The notes under the pieces were generated by a model. The model ran no database searches. It was not told the DNA's origin and saw only the letters and a program-made list of their open reading frames with translations. A program made the translations under genes and the position numbers. Shown piece after piece: positions 27,727 through 37,609 of a stretch of 64,000 nt of DNA. The first letter of the stretch is position 1, and each line of letters starts with the position of its first letter. The DNA comes from Fibrobacteria bacterium (lineage in GTDB: Bacteria; Fibrobacterota; Chitinivibrionia; Chitinivibrionales; FEN-1185), in contig JBBIGR010000001.1 of NCBI GenBank assembly GCA_037447435.1, positions 32,001-96,000 of the forward strand, read 5' to 3'.

Positions 27727-29046
27727 TTATTTCGTCCCGACGCTCTCTCCGGCAATCCGTATCACTCTTGTTGATTTCTTGACATAATCCATTTTTTCTA
27801 TGGCGGAAAGTGCCTCACGCATATTTTTTTCAAGCACTTTGTGGGTAAGTATAATTACCGGAACACAACTTTCTTCACGCGACTCTTTTTGCAAGACAGA
27901 GGCTATGGATATCGAGTATTCTCCCAAAAAAGTTGCAATTGACGCTAAAACATTCGGTCTGTCTGCAACCCAAAAGCATAAATAATACCTTGTTTCAATT
28001 TCACTAATTGGCTTGATAGAGAGTTCATTGTCATGGCGATAATAACGCATTGTAATTCGTCGTGGCGCGCCTGACGCGATATTTAACGCCACATCAACGA
28101 TATCGGACAGTATTGAAGAAGCCGTCGGCAGTTCACCCGCCCCCTTACCGGACAAGAGAATCGGCCCTACGGCATTACCCTCAAGCAATACTGCATTGAA
28201 AACATCCGATACAGAAGCAAGGATATGGTTATTGTGTAACATCGTTGGATGAACTCGAACATCAATTTGATTTTCTTCCGGTGCTTTATTGATAATGCCA
28301 AGAAGTTTTATCGTATAGCCGAGTTCTGCCGCAAATTCTATGTCTTCTTTGGTAATTTCGGTAATACCTTCGATATAAATCTTATCAAAAGGAATATAGC
28401 CATTGTAAATAAGCGATGCCATGATTGCGACTTTATGCCCGCTGTCGCCGCCGCCGATATCCAAAGTCGGGTCGGTTTCGGCATAGCCGTTTTTCTGGGC
28501 ATTTTTCAGCACAATATCGAACAATTGTCCTTTTTGCGTCATTTGCGTGAGAATGTAATTGCAGGTTCCGTTGATGATCGTCTTGACAGAAGTTATTTCA
28601 TTTCCAATAAGCGCTTCGCGGATGGTTTTAATAACCGGTATGCCGCCGCCAACTGCCGCCTCGAATTGAATCGAAACACCATTTTTATCGGCAAGCTCGA
28701 AAATCGCAGGGCCTTGCTCGGCAATAAGCGCTTTGTTCGCCGTAATGACGTGCTTACCTTTAGATAATGCCGATACTATTAGGTCTTTCGCGAATGTCAT
28801 ACCGCCGACAAGTTCGATGACGACGTCGATTTCTTCGTCATTAATGATATCCTGCGCATTATCGGTACAAATGGCATTACCCACGGGCAATTCTGCAAAA
28901 CGGGAAGTCACATTGTCTGCAATCCGCTTTAACGTGATGGGAATCCCCAAATCGTTGCGAAGAAAATCCAACTCCTGCGACAAAAGTTTTACTACACCAC
29001 CGCCAACCGTGCCGACGCCCACCAATCCAATATTGATTTGCTTCAT
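27727..29046 (-). CDS. hom: Homoserine dehydrogenase with C-terminal ACT domain
   Basis: GVGTVGGG, VITANKA, FEAAVGGGIP, INGTCNYIL, GYAETDPTLD, GKGAG. Confidence 0.96.
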   Translation of the reverse strand: MKQINIGLVGVGTVGGGVVKLLSQELDFLRNDLGIPITLKRIADNVTSRFAELPVGNAICTDNAQDIINDEEIDVVIELVGGMTFAKDLIVSALSKGKHVITANKALIAEQGPAIFELADKNGVSIQFEAAVGGGIPVIKTIREALIGNEITSVKTIINGTCNYILTQMTQKGQLFDIVLKNAQKNGYAETDPTLDIGGGDSGHKVAIMASLIYNGYIPFDKIYIEGITEITKEDIEFAAELGYTIKLLGIINKAPEENQIDVRVHPTMLHNNHILASVSDVFNAVLLEGNAVGPILLSGKGAGELPTASSILSDIVDVALNIASGAPRRITMRYYRHDNELSIKPISEIETRYYLCFWVADRPNVLASIATFLGEYSISIASVLQKESREESCVPVIILTHKVLEKNMREALSAIEKMDYVKKSTRVIRIAGESVGTK

Positions 29047-29172
29047 TACCTTTCCTTTATCTTACCCCATAAGTGAGTTTTTCGATATATGGATAATATA
29101 CATTATTGTCTATGAAAAACTTGTTTTCCTCCCATTGGAATCGACAATGCGGGAAAAGATTATTTTATTACA

Positions 29173-30660
29173 ATGAAAAAAAATGTTGTCGTTATCGGCG
29201 GAGGGCTTGGCGGATTAAGCGCAGCGGTGGCCTGCGCCCAGAACGGTCATTCGGTAACACTTCTCGAAAAACAACCGTCGCTCGGCGGTTATGGGATATC
29301 ATTTTCACGCAAAGGGTATGTGTTCGACCCTTCACTTCACGCTACTCCCTGCGGTGCAAACGGAGACCATTTCCATTTTTTAATTCAACAACTCGGCATT
29401 TCGAACGATGTTTCTTTTATAAAAATCCAAAAAGGGTTTAAAACGTTTCTTGGCGATTTTTCATTTGATTTATCCACCGATTATTCCGTTTTACTGCACG
29501 ATTTGATACGCGCTTTTCCAGCATCGGAAAAAGGCCTGCTGCAACTAGACCGTGATGTCAAACGGTTTGCTCCCTTATATCATTCGGTGATCGAAGGACT
29601 CGCGTCGCCGTTATCGATAGCGATGAATTTTGTCCCTAAAATACCTTCTTTTTTATTCCATGCCAACACGTCGACTCACGATTATTTGTCCGGATATATT
29701 TCCGACAAGACGCTGCGCGCGATTTTATTTCATCCGTCGATTTTTTTCGGCATACCGATGAAGCAATTCCCTTCCGTTAACTTTTTACTCATGTTTTATT
29801 TAATATTTATTAAGGGACTGTACACTATACGAGGGGGCGGAAACGCATTGTCGTTGGCCTTGGAATCGCGCTTAAAAAAACTCGGCGTTACCGTTTGTAC
29901 CAATACCGAGGTAACATCCATTACGCTGTCGAAAGGCCGCGCCGTCGGCGTACTAACAAATAACAACGGCTTTATCCAAGGCGACGATTTCATAGCAAAC
30001 GTCAACACACCTACCCTTGTCAAAGGTCTTATCGGCATCAAACATTTTCCCGCATCGTATGTCAAAACATTCAATTCTTTGCGCCCGTCGCTATCGTTGC
30101 TGCAATTGCATTGCGGATTGAATTGCGCCACGTCGCAATGCGGCATAACCAATCATATAACGACGGTTTTCCCCGATGCGGATGTAGACAAATACCTTGA
30201 GTCAAGAAGCAATGATTTGTTCCCCGCCGGGTATTCGATCATCGCTCCGCATATTGCGGATGTCGCTTCGTCGATGCCGAAAAAATCGGTTTTAAGCATT
30301 TTGGGCGGCGTTTCATCCAGTGTATGGCTATCGCTGCCCAAGAAAAAATACCTCGATGAAAAAAAAAGATGTCAGGACCGTTTTCTTGAGATTGTCGGCA
30401 TGCATTTCCCCGATATTACTTCACAATGCGAAGTAATCGATTGCGCCACGCCAAAAACGTTTTTACGATATACGGGAAATCCCGACGGCGCCATACTCGG
30501 TTTTGACTGTTCGCTTGGGATGCAAAGAAAAATTATGGCCATAAGCCATATGCCCATCCGAAATATTTTTCTAGCGAGTGCCTGGACCGATAAGCTCGGC
30601 GGCTATATGCAGGTTGTTAGTGCAGGAATCAGCGCTGCCAAAAAATGCGGCAAAGCCTGA
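29173..30660 (+). CDS. FAD-dependent oxidoreductase, phytoene desaturase/retinol saturase family
   Basis: VVVIGGGLGGL...LLEK...LGG, ATPKTFLRYTGNPDGAILG. Confidence 0.8.
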   Translation: MKKNVVVIGGGLGGLSAAVACAQNGHSVTLLEKQPSLGGYGISFSRKGYVFDPSLHATPCGANGDHFHFLIQQLGISNDVSFIKIQKGFKTFLGDFSFDLSTDYSVLLHDLIRAFPASEKGLLQLDRDVKRFAPLYHSVIEGLASPLSIAMNFVPKIPSFLFHANTSTHDYLSGYISDKTLRAILFHPSIFFGIPMKQFPSVNFLLMFYLIFIKGLYTIRGGGNALSLALESRLKKLGVTVCTNTEVTSITLSKGRAVGVLTNNNGFIQGDDFIANVNTPTLVKGLIGIKHFPASYVKTFNSLRPSLSLLQLHCGLNCATSQCGITNHITTVFPDADVDKYLESRSNDLFPAGYSIIAPHIADVASSMPKKSVLSILGGVSSSVWLSLPKKKYLDEKKRCQDRFLEIVGMHFPDITSQCEVIDCATPKTFLRYTGNPDGAILGFDCSLGMQRKIMAISHMPIRNIFLASAWTDKLGGYMQVVSAGISAAKKCGKA

Positions 30661-30690
30661 TGCGTATTACGAAAAAGCAATTTCGATGGC

Positions 30691-30960
30691 TTATTGCGCT
30701 TCGTTGAAATTTGAGGCAAATAATTTACAAAGCGCCTCAAGAGCTTTTTCCTCGTCTTTTCCGTTGGCTTTTATAAGAACCTTTGTTTCAAATGCTGCGG
30801 CAAGCATCATGACGCTCATAATGCTTTTTGCATTGGCCGAAACTCCTGTTTTTTCCAACCAAATATCGCAGTCAAACGGCGTTGCGGTTTGAACGATAAG
30901 TGATGCAGGCCGGGCATGAATGCCCAAAGCGTTCGTTACGACAATTTCTCGTTGAACCAT
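30691..30960 (-). CDS. ptsH: HPr phosphocarrier protein
   Basis: GIHARPA (His15), NAKSIMSVMML (Ser46). Confidence 0.95.
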   Translation of the reverse strand: MVQREIVVTNALGIHARPASLIVQTATPFDCDIWLEKTGVSANAKSIMSVMMLAAAFETKVLIKANGKDEEKALEALCKLFASNFNEAQ

Positions 30961-31907
30961 TACTGCGCCTTTTTCTTCTCTTTTTTAAATCCAAGCTTTA
31001 TTCGTAATTTCAACCCGTCGTCCTGGACTTCGGAAACCAGCGAATCGATACTGTTTACGGTTTTTTTCAAATCTGTAAAAAAATGATCGTCGGTCATAAG
31101 TAAACCCAGCGTGCCTTTGCCTTGCTGAATTTTCGCCACCATTTCCTGCAAGGAAGTCGTGATTGAATCTACTTTAGCAACAACAACGACCGCTTGGGAC
31201 GACAATTGCGTCCCATTGGACACGATGGTGTTCAATTGAGCCTTATTTGCATCGAGCAAATCTTTAATATCGGTAGTAACCGTTGTCACATTATTGATGC
31301 TTCTGTCGATTTTGGGCCTGTTCTCGACCACGAGCGACCGCGCCAGAACCGTCACGGTATCGAGCCTGTTCACTATGTTCCGAAACGTATGATAAAACGT
31401 CGTATCCCCGACCGTGCTGTCAACGATCATTGAAACATTCGCCAGCAATGCCCGCACGTCGTTCATGACCGTTCCGATCATGCCCATTGCTTCGGCAATA
31501 CCGCTGTCGAAACGGCCATTGATAAAAGTGATCGATCCTTTTTTGCTGCATTCGAGTCTTTTGCCGCGGTCGGACAATTGGATGCCGATCATGCGTTCGC
31601 CCATAAGCCCGATATTTTGTACCGTGACCACGGAAGAATCGGTCAGAATAACGGATTTATCGAGACGGATGACGACCCACACCGAAACGCCCTGCAACTG
31701 AATAGTTCCGACAAGTCCTTTTCGAACGCCGTTGACCATGACCGGATCACCTTCGGACAATGTTCCGATATTGGGAAATTTGACCGTATACTCAACCATA
31801 GAACGCGTGACCGAAGAGCTTTTAAGCCATAAGATACCGGCAATACAAATGAAAAGAGCAATAAGTATAAACCCGCCCACAGCAAATTCCATATTGGTCT
31901 TTTTCAC
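30960..31907 (-). CDS. MlaD/MCE family protein
   Basis: VGGFILIA TM anchor, LSEGDPVMVNGVRKG.V, GLMGERMI, helical tail with GKGTLGLLMTD. Confidence 0.9.
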   Translation of the reverse strand: MKKTNMEFAVGGFILIALFICIAGILWLKSSSVTRSMVEYTVKFPNIGTLSEGDPVMVNGVRKGLVGTIQLQGVSVWVVIRLDKSVILTDSSVVTVQNIGLMGERMIGIQLSDRGKRLECSKKGSITFINGRFDSGIAEAMGMIGTVMNDVRALLANVSMIVDSTVGDTTFYHTFRNIVNRLDTVTVLARSLVVENRPKIDRSINNVTTVTTDIKDLLDANKAQLNTIVSNGTQLSSQAVVVVAKVDSITTSLQEMVAKIQQGKGTLGLLMTDDHFFTDLKKTVNSIDSLVSEVQDDGLKLRIKLGFKKEKKKAQ

Positions 31908-31927
31908 GCCGATATCCTTTCAGAACC

Positions 31928-31985
31928 TAATCCGTTGCTTCCCTCTTCGCTACTGCTTCGGAGGACATGCCGCAACTGGATAGTT
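31928..31985 (-). repeat. 58-bp nested-hairpin element, copy A
   Basis: Reverse complement matches 51173..51230 at 51 of 58 positions. Confidence 0.85.
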
Positions 31986-32119
31986 GCAGCTGTGATTTTA
32001 TCTACGCGGAGGCCTAGATAATTTCTATGTAGTTACCTATCCGGATATTCCAGATTAAAATGATTCCTTCGATTTTACCAGATATTTTGCAAGGAACTAT
32101 GAACTTAATCGCATGAACG

Positions 32120-32171
32120 TTTCGACAAGCTCAAGGAAAAATCTTCGAAACGCACCATGAACTTGTCGAAA
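32120..32171. repeat. REP-like inverted repeat
   Basis: TTTCGACAAGCTCA-N24-TGAACTTGTCGAAA, 14-bp arms with one mismatch. Confidence 0.65.
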
Positions 32172-32208
32172 GATACAATCATCTTATTTACTTATGCATC
32201 AACAAAGC

Positions 32209-32529
32209 TTATTCTTCCGGTTCTATTTCTATTTTCTTTGCTTTATGGTCCTTGACTTTCTCACTGATTTTCTTGAGCTGGCGTTCGACTTTTGAAATAA
32301 CTTCGTCGATTACTTTGCCCATATTTTCCGCTTTAGCGGTGGCCGCAACGGTATGGCCGGCGCAATTAACGACCACTTCCATAATTTCCTGTCCGCGTTC
32401 GTGGTCCAATATGACGTGGCAAGAAGTGATTTTGTCGTAAAATTTTTCAAGTTTGTTAATTTCGTCGGTAATGGTTTCCTGCAAACTCGTTGTTGCCTTT
32501 TCGTGGCGTGATGTGATTTGAATATCCAT
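32209..32529 (-). CDS. hpf: Ribosome hibernation promoting factor (short HPF/RaiA)
   Basis: MDIQITSRH, KLEKFYDKI, KVERQLKK..EK; rpoN-operon position. Confidence 0.9.
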   Translation of the reverse strand: MDIQITSRHEKATTSLQETITDEINKLEKFYDKITSCHVILDHERGQEIMEVVVNCAGHTVAATAKAENMGKVIDEVISKVERQLKKISEKVKDHKAKKIEIEPEE

Positions 32530-32564
32530 AATGCAAACCTCCTTGGTTGTCTGTTACTGTTTAA

Positions 32565-33455
32565 TTATACCTTTGTTATCATGCGCTCTGCCATATAAGA
32601 ACTTCTCACAAACGGCCCTGCCGCAACATCGGAAAAGCCCAAATCCAACGCATGATTTTTATATTCGTCAAACTGCCCCGGTGTAATGAATTCGATGACC
32701 GGAGTCTGATGTTTTGACGGCTGCAAATATTGTCCGATGGTCAATAAGGTGCATCCATGGGCCAACAGGTCGCTCATTGTTGCAAAAATCTCTTCACGGG
32801 TTTCACCCAGACCTACCATAAGGCCGGATTTGACCCTTAAATCTACCCTGAATCGCGATGCATACGCAAGGATTTCAAGCGATTGGCCGTAAGATGCCTG
32901 GGGACGAACGGATTGATATAATCGCGGTATTGTTTCAATATTATGGTTAAATACATGTGGACCGGCAAATAAAACCGATTCTAATGCATTAGTATTGCCG
33001 CGAAAATCGGGTACTAACACCTCGATGGTCACCTGGGGGAGCCTCTTCCGTATCAGCGATATTATTTCCGCAAAATGCGAAGCGCCGCCATCGGGAATAT
33101 CGTCCCGGGTCACCGACGTAATCACCGCATGGGATAATTTCATTTTTTCAATGGCATCGCAAACTCTGGCCGGCTCGCTTGGGTCGAGCGGGGAAGGAAT
33201 ACCGTGTTGAACCCCGCAAAAACTGCAAGACCGGCTGCAAATCGAACCCATAACAAGGAACGTCGCAGTGCCGCGAGAAAAACATTCACCCATGTTTGGA
33301 CATTTTGCCTCACGACAAACGGTATGAAGCGAAGCATCGGTGAGCACCGCTTCCACCGATTCCGCTTTGCCGACTTGGGATAAGGGCCTTTTTAGCCATT
33401 GCGGAAATCGCTGCGTGCGCTGGCTGCGAGGCTCCAAAGGTATCGTGTCAGTCAT
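32565..33455 (-). CDS. lipA: Lipoyl synthase
   Basis: LHTVCREAKCPNMGEC, CSRSCSFC, VITSVTRDD, HNIET, IGQYLQP, FVRSSY. Confidence 0.96.
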   Translation of the reverse strand: MTDTIPLEPRSQRTQRFPQWLKRPLSQVGKAESVEAVLTDASLHTVCREAKCPNMGECFSRGTATFLVMGSICSRSCSFCGVQHGIPSPLDPSEPARVCDAIEKMKLSHAVITSVTRDDIPDGGASHFAEIISLIRKRLPQVTIEVLVPDFRGNTNALESVLFAGPHVFNHNIETIPRLYQSVRPQASYGQSLEILAYASRFRVDLRVKSGLMVGLGETREEIFATMSDLLAHGCTLLTIGQYLQPSKHQTPVIEFITPGQFDEYKNHALDLGFSDVAAGPFVRSSYMAERMITKV

Positions 33456-34887
33456 ATTTCTGCCTCATGCGTGCCGGTAACAGGCGTTGTTGTTCCCGAT
33501 ATTTGGCAACCGTACGCCGGGCAACCGTAAATCCCTCTCTCGATAAAATATCAGACAGTTTTTGGTCGGAAAGGGGTTTTTTGGGATTTTCATTCTCAAT
33601 AAGCTCGCCGATCCGGTTGCGGATTTTTTCTGCGGACACGTCGCCGCCGTCATTGTCCTGGCCCATCGATTCGGTGAAAAAATATTTCAATTCGTAAATT
33701 CCATGCGGCGTCTGCACGTATTTATTGCTTGTCACACGGGAAACGGTTGAAATATGCATGCTCACCATGGTCGCGATGTCCTGGAGCTTGAGCGGATTGA
33801 GGTTCGGCGGCCCTTTTTCAAAAAAATCCTTTTGACGATCGATAATCGCGTACATGACTTTGAGCATGGTTGTCCGGCGTTGCTCTATCGAACGGACCAG
33901 CCAGGAGGCGCCGTTGAGCTTTTCGCGGATATAATTCTTTACATCCTTTTTCGCCGGTCCGCCGCGCTTGATAAGCTGTAAATACGATTTGTTTATATGC
34001 AACGACGGCATGGACTTGTCGTTAAGCATGACCACGAATTCATTGTCCACTTTTTCGACAATAAGGTCGGGAACTATTGTTGAAGGCCGTTCGCCGGTTA
34101 TGAGATAACCCGGTTTGGGATGCAACCGTTTTATATCGTCTATGGCGGCCTGGACATCTTTTATGTCAACACCCAGGTTCCTCGAAATTTCGGGGAGTTT
34201 CAGTTTCTCGAACAATTCCCACGTTTCGGATACGATACGCATGGCAAGCGAATGTTCTTTGCGCTTGGCGATAAGCTGTAACGAAAGGCATTGCTGCAAC
34301 GTTTGAGCGCCGATGCCGGCCGGTTCGAGTGATTGCACGACACTCAATGCATCTTCAACTTCGGGGATGCTGATGCCCAGGAAATCGGCAATTGCCGAAA
34401 CATTAAGCCGCAAATATCCGTCGGGGTCCAAACTCCCGATGAGAAACGGTACCAGCAGTTTTTGCTTTTCGGTTAATGTTTTTCCGGAAAGCTGATTCTG
34501 CAAATGTTCGTCCAACGAAATCTGTTGTATGGAAACGGGTTCGTAATATTCCTTATTGTGATCCGTTTCCTCGCTCATGCGGTCGCCGATATCAAAACCC
34601 TCTTCAAGGTATTTTTCCCAATCGACGTCCTCTTCATTGACCTTGAGCTCATCGATTTCATCGGCAGACGATTCCGTATCATCAACAGTCTCGTTTTCAT
34701 TATTTTCAGGCTCTTCCTGCTCAAGCTCCATGTCTTCGGACGCCTCGAGCACCGGATTCATCTCAAGTTCGGTTTTTAATAATTGTTCAAGTTGCAGGGT
34801 ATTAACCTGTAGCAGCTTGAGCGATTGTATCATTTGAAACGACAGCTTTTGCTGAAGTTTCATGGACATGTCTAAACCAAGATTCAC
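33448..34887 (-). CDS. rpoN: RNA polymerase sigma54 factor
   Basis: Gln/Leu-rich region I, HISTVSR, PLSDQK, RpoN box ARRTVAKYRE; probable GTG start at 34887. Confidence 0.97.
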   Translation of the reverse strand: MNLGLDMSMKLQQKLSFQMIQSLKLLQVNTLQLEQLLKTELEMNPVLEASEDMELEQEEPENNENETVDDTESSADEIDELKVNEEDVDWEKYLEEGFDIGDRMSEETDHNKEYYEPVSIQQISLDEHLQNQLSGKTLTEKQKLLVPFLIGSLDPDGYLRLNVSAIADFLGISIPEVEDALSVVQSLEPAGIGAQTLQQCLSLQLIAKRKEHSLAMRIVSETWELFEKLKLPEISRNLGVDIKDVQAAIDDIKRLHPKPGYLITGERPSTIVPDLIVEKVDNEFVVMLNDKSMPSLHINKSYLQLIKRGGPAKKDVKNYIREKLNGASWLVRSIEQRRTTMLKVMYAIIDRQKDFFEKGPPNLNPLKLQDIATMVSMHISTVSRVTSNKYVQTPHGIYELKYFFTESMGQDNDGGDVSAEKIRNRIGELIENENPKKPLSDQKLSDILSREGFTVARRTVAKYREQQRLLPARMRQKYD

Positions 34888-34915
34888 AAAAAAATTCCTG
34901 TTATATGCGTGACCA

Positions 34916-34931
34916 ATCAAATTTCATGCCA
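34916..34931 (-). promoter_or_regulatory. -24/-12-like site in the rpoN leader, possible autoregulation
   Basis: Minus strand TGGCAT-GAAAT-TTGAT (GG-N10-GA), just downstream of TGnTATATT at 34948-34956. Confidence 0.5.
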
Positions 34932-35020
34932 TTTGAATTCCGCTATTAATATACCATAACGGGCGGAAAAAAAAATATTGAAATTTTGAATCAATGGAAA
35001 TATTCCGACTAATCCCTCGG

Positions 35021-35821
35021 CTAGTCCAATTTAAATTTTTGCCCTAAATAAATCCTTCGGGCTTCCGGATTGTCGGCAAGTTCGCGCGACGTGCCGGAAA
35101 TGAGGATTTTTCCTTCGGAAATGATATACGCGCGATCGGTGATACGCAGCGTTTCGCGAACATTATGGTCGGTAATCAAAATGCCGTAATTCTTCATTCG
35201 AAGATCGTGGACAATGCTTTGAATATCTTCAACGGCAATAGGGTCTATACCGGCAAACGGTTCGTCGAGCAGGATAAAATCGGGCTTATTTGCCAATGCG
35301 CGCGCGATTTCGACGCGGCGCCTTTCTCCTCCGGAAAGCATATATCCGAGGCTTTTTTCAAGATGCGTGACATGCAATTCCTCAAGTAATTGATGCATCC
35401 GCTCTTTGCGCTGTTTATAGCCTATGGGTTGTGATTCCAAAATGGCCATGATATTGTCGGCAACCGAAAGTTTCCGGAAAATGGAAGGTTCCTGAGACAA
35501 ATACCCTATGCCCATTTTTGCGCGTTTGTACATAGGCTTTTTTGAGATTTCATTATTATCAAGAAATATTTTCCCCTTTGTGGCCCGGATCATTCCGACG
35601 ATCATGTAAAACGTGGTCGTCTTACCCGCACCGTTGGGCCCCAATAAACCCACCACCTCACCCTGATTTACCGAGATCGAGACGCCGTCGACAACCCGGC
35701 GCTTCGAATATATCTTTACAAGTTGTTCGGTCCTGATTTCCCTGGATACCCTGGGTGCTGCAGGAACGGTATCAACGGCAGGCACGGGCGATTGCGATAC
35801 TGTTGTTTCGTTGGATGTCAC
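35021..35821 (-). CDS. lptB: LPS export ABC ATPase
   Basis: [51 protein letters not shown]. Confidence 0.97.
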   Translation of the reverse strand: MTSNETTVSQSPVPAVDTVPAAPRVSREIRTEQLVKIYSKRRVVDGVSISVNQGEVVGLLGPNGAGKTTTFYMIVGMIRATKGKIFLDNNEISKKPMYKRAKMGIGYLSQEPSIFRKLSVADNIMAILESQPIGYKQRKERMHQLLEELHVTHLEKSLGYMLSGGERRRVEIARALANKPDFILLDEPFAGIDPIAVEDIQSIVHDLRMKNYGILITDHNVRETLRITDRAYIISEGKILISGTSRELADNPEARRIYLGQKFKLD

Positions 35822-37029
35822 TTTTTTTGTTCCTTTGTTTTGTCTGCGGACTTTTTCTGCACAAGAGAATCGGCCGGAACTTTCTCTATAATGTCCCCGG
35901 TTTGATTTGCATTACTTTTGTTTTCCATCGGAAGCGGAGCATAGTAGCCGCGCACACTTCCCGACAACCGGACATTGGCGGCTTTCCCGTTGGCAAATGA
36001 AACACGGATGCTGTCGCCGCTGGCAGTATTCATACCCCTGCCGTCTTTTTCTTCCACATTATACACGCTTTGGGCATTTCCCCAAACTCTCACTTTGTCT
36101 ACCTGATTTTTCCTGTTGAACGATACCATCATATATTTGCCGAACGCCTCGTTCGCCTGCTTTGGCTTTTTAACCGGCGCATATTTACTTTTCACATTTC
36201 CGGTTGCATAAAGGGAATCAATTTTCCCGGAATCGGACATGAACATGGACAAGCTGTCGCCGAACAATTGGGTGAGGGTGGTATCTTGCGTACCGAAGTC
36301 GCGGTACAACCCGTGGGAATTGCCGCGTACTTTGACTTTTTGCAATTTATTCTTTGTAAAAAGCAAATCGACCGAATCGCCGAACAGAGAATCGGTTTCG
36401 AACGCGATTTGCGGCACGGTCCTCAGATGCGCCTTGCCGGAATCGGGAAAATATATTGCTAAATCCGAATGCGTCACCAGCTTGCCCTTTTTGATCCGTA
36501 CCGCTTTTTCCACGGTCGCCTTTTTCAATGAATCGCTATAGGTCATTTTCGTGCCGACAATGTCGACGGTATCGTGGGCCGTGCTGTCGAAATATTCAAA
36601 ATGCGGTTTACCCTCGACCACCAGAAATTTGCTGTCCATAGCGTAGGTGCCGCGATTGCCGGTGAGCCGGACATGCTCCTTTAAGTCGTTAAAAATCAGG
36701 TGACCTTCGGCAATGAGCTGCTTTTTGTTTTTATCGTAATCCATTTTATCTGACGTCATGGTCTGCTTGGTCCGGACGACCTTTACATTATCGGAAAATG
36801 AAACAATGCCCTTTGTTTTCCACCATTTTGCGTATTGCGATTGTATCGTGGCGTCGTCGTAGAGAAACTGGACATTGCCGTTAAGCATGGAAACGACTTC
36901 GCCGTCTTTACTCATCGTATTGATGTTCGAATCGGCCGATTTTAAAATCAAATCCGCCGACTTGGCGAAAACGCTCATGCTCGGTTGGATGGCGAGGAAG
37001 GAAATTACGCATAACGCCATTTTATTCAT
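35818..37029 (-). CDS. Long LptA/OstA-like periplasmic LPS transport protein
   Basis: Signal peptide, repeated beta-jellyroll-like GNV and GDS motifs, lies between lptC and lptB. Confidence 0.75.
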   Translation of the reverse strand: MNKMALCVISFLAIQPSMSVFAKSADLILKSADSNINTMSKDGEVVSMLNGNVQFLYDDATIQSQYAKWWKTKGIVSFSDNVKVVRTKQTMTSDKMDYDKNKKQLIAEGHLIFNDLKEHVRLTGNRGTYAMDSKFLVVEGKPHFEYFDSTAHDTVDIVGTKMTYSDSLKKATVEKAVRIKKGKLVTHSDLAIYFPDSGKAHLRTVPQIAFETDSLFGDSVDLLFTKNKLQKVKVRGNSHGLYRDFGTQDTTLTQLFGDSLSMFMSDSGKIDSLYATGNVKSKYAPVKKPKQANEAFGKYMMVSFNRKNQVDKVRVWGNAQSVYNVEEKDGRGMNTASGDSIRVSFANGKAANVRLSGSVRGYYAPLPMENKSNANQTGDIIEKVPADSLVQKKSADKTKEQKK

Positions 37030-37032
37030 GAA

Positions 37033-37608
37033 TTAAAATTCCTCGCCTTTTTCCACACGATCCTTAAAATTCGGGAAACGCCCGCTCACGTCGTGCAGGA
37101 ATTTCCACCAGGAGAAATCTTCGGCGGCTTCCATTCCTTTTCCCTGGAGAATATCCCCGTTTTTGGTCTTGAGCTGCACATAGTCGTTCGAGGTCACCAG
37201 GTGTTTGTTCAAATCCCATACCAGCCGGTTCGACGTCACGCGAATTCCGTTCTGTGCCTTGACATAGACGTTTCCCCAAACGCAAAAACCTTTCATGGGG
37301 CCGTCGGTGGTCCCCGAATCGGAAAGGACTTTCGTCGCTTCTTTCCCTAAGGAATCAAATACGGTAAGCCTGACCGGACTGGCGATTATATGCCCGGTAT
37401 CGGCAAGGATTTTTTTCATGTGCTTTGACTCGAGCCTCCATTGCACTTTGGATCCGTTGTAATAGTACATTGCGGTCGAATCGAGTTCCTGATACGGTTG
37501 CGTAATGATTGCGTCCGAAACGGGCACCGTTTCTTTGGGCTTTGAGCAACCGATTATGAGAGTAGTCGCAAGAACGGCTGCGAGTATAATGCCGGGGTTT
37601 TTTCTCAT
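37033..37608 (-). CDS. lptC: LptC-like LPS export protein (lipoprotein)
   Basis: Lipobox IIGC, GNVYV...RLVWD...GKGMEA, upstream of lptA/lptB. Confidence 0.8.
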   Translation of the reverse strand: MRKNPGIILAAVLATTLIIGCSKPKETVPVSDAIITQPYQELDSTAMYYYNGSKVQWRLESKHMKKILADTGHIIASPVRLTVFDSLGKEATKVLSDSGTTDGPMKGFCVWGNVYVKAQNGIRVTSNRLVWDLNKHLVTSNDYVQLKTKNGDILQGKGMEAAEDFSWWKFLHDVSGRFPNFKDRVEKGEEF

Positions 37609-37609
37609 T

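Noticed and set aside
29173..30660. Carotenoid biosynthesis (crtI)
   Set aside because: Only family-level motifs are present and there are no crtB, crtE or crtY neighbours, so the substrate cannot be assigned.
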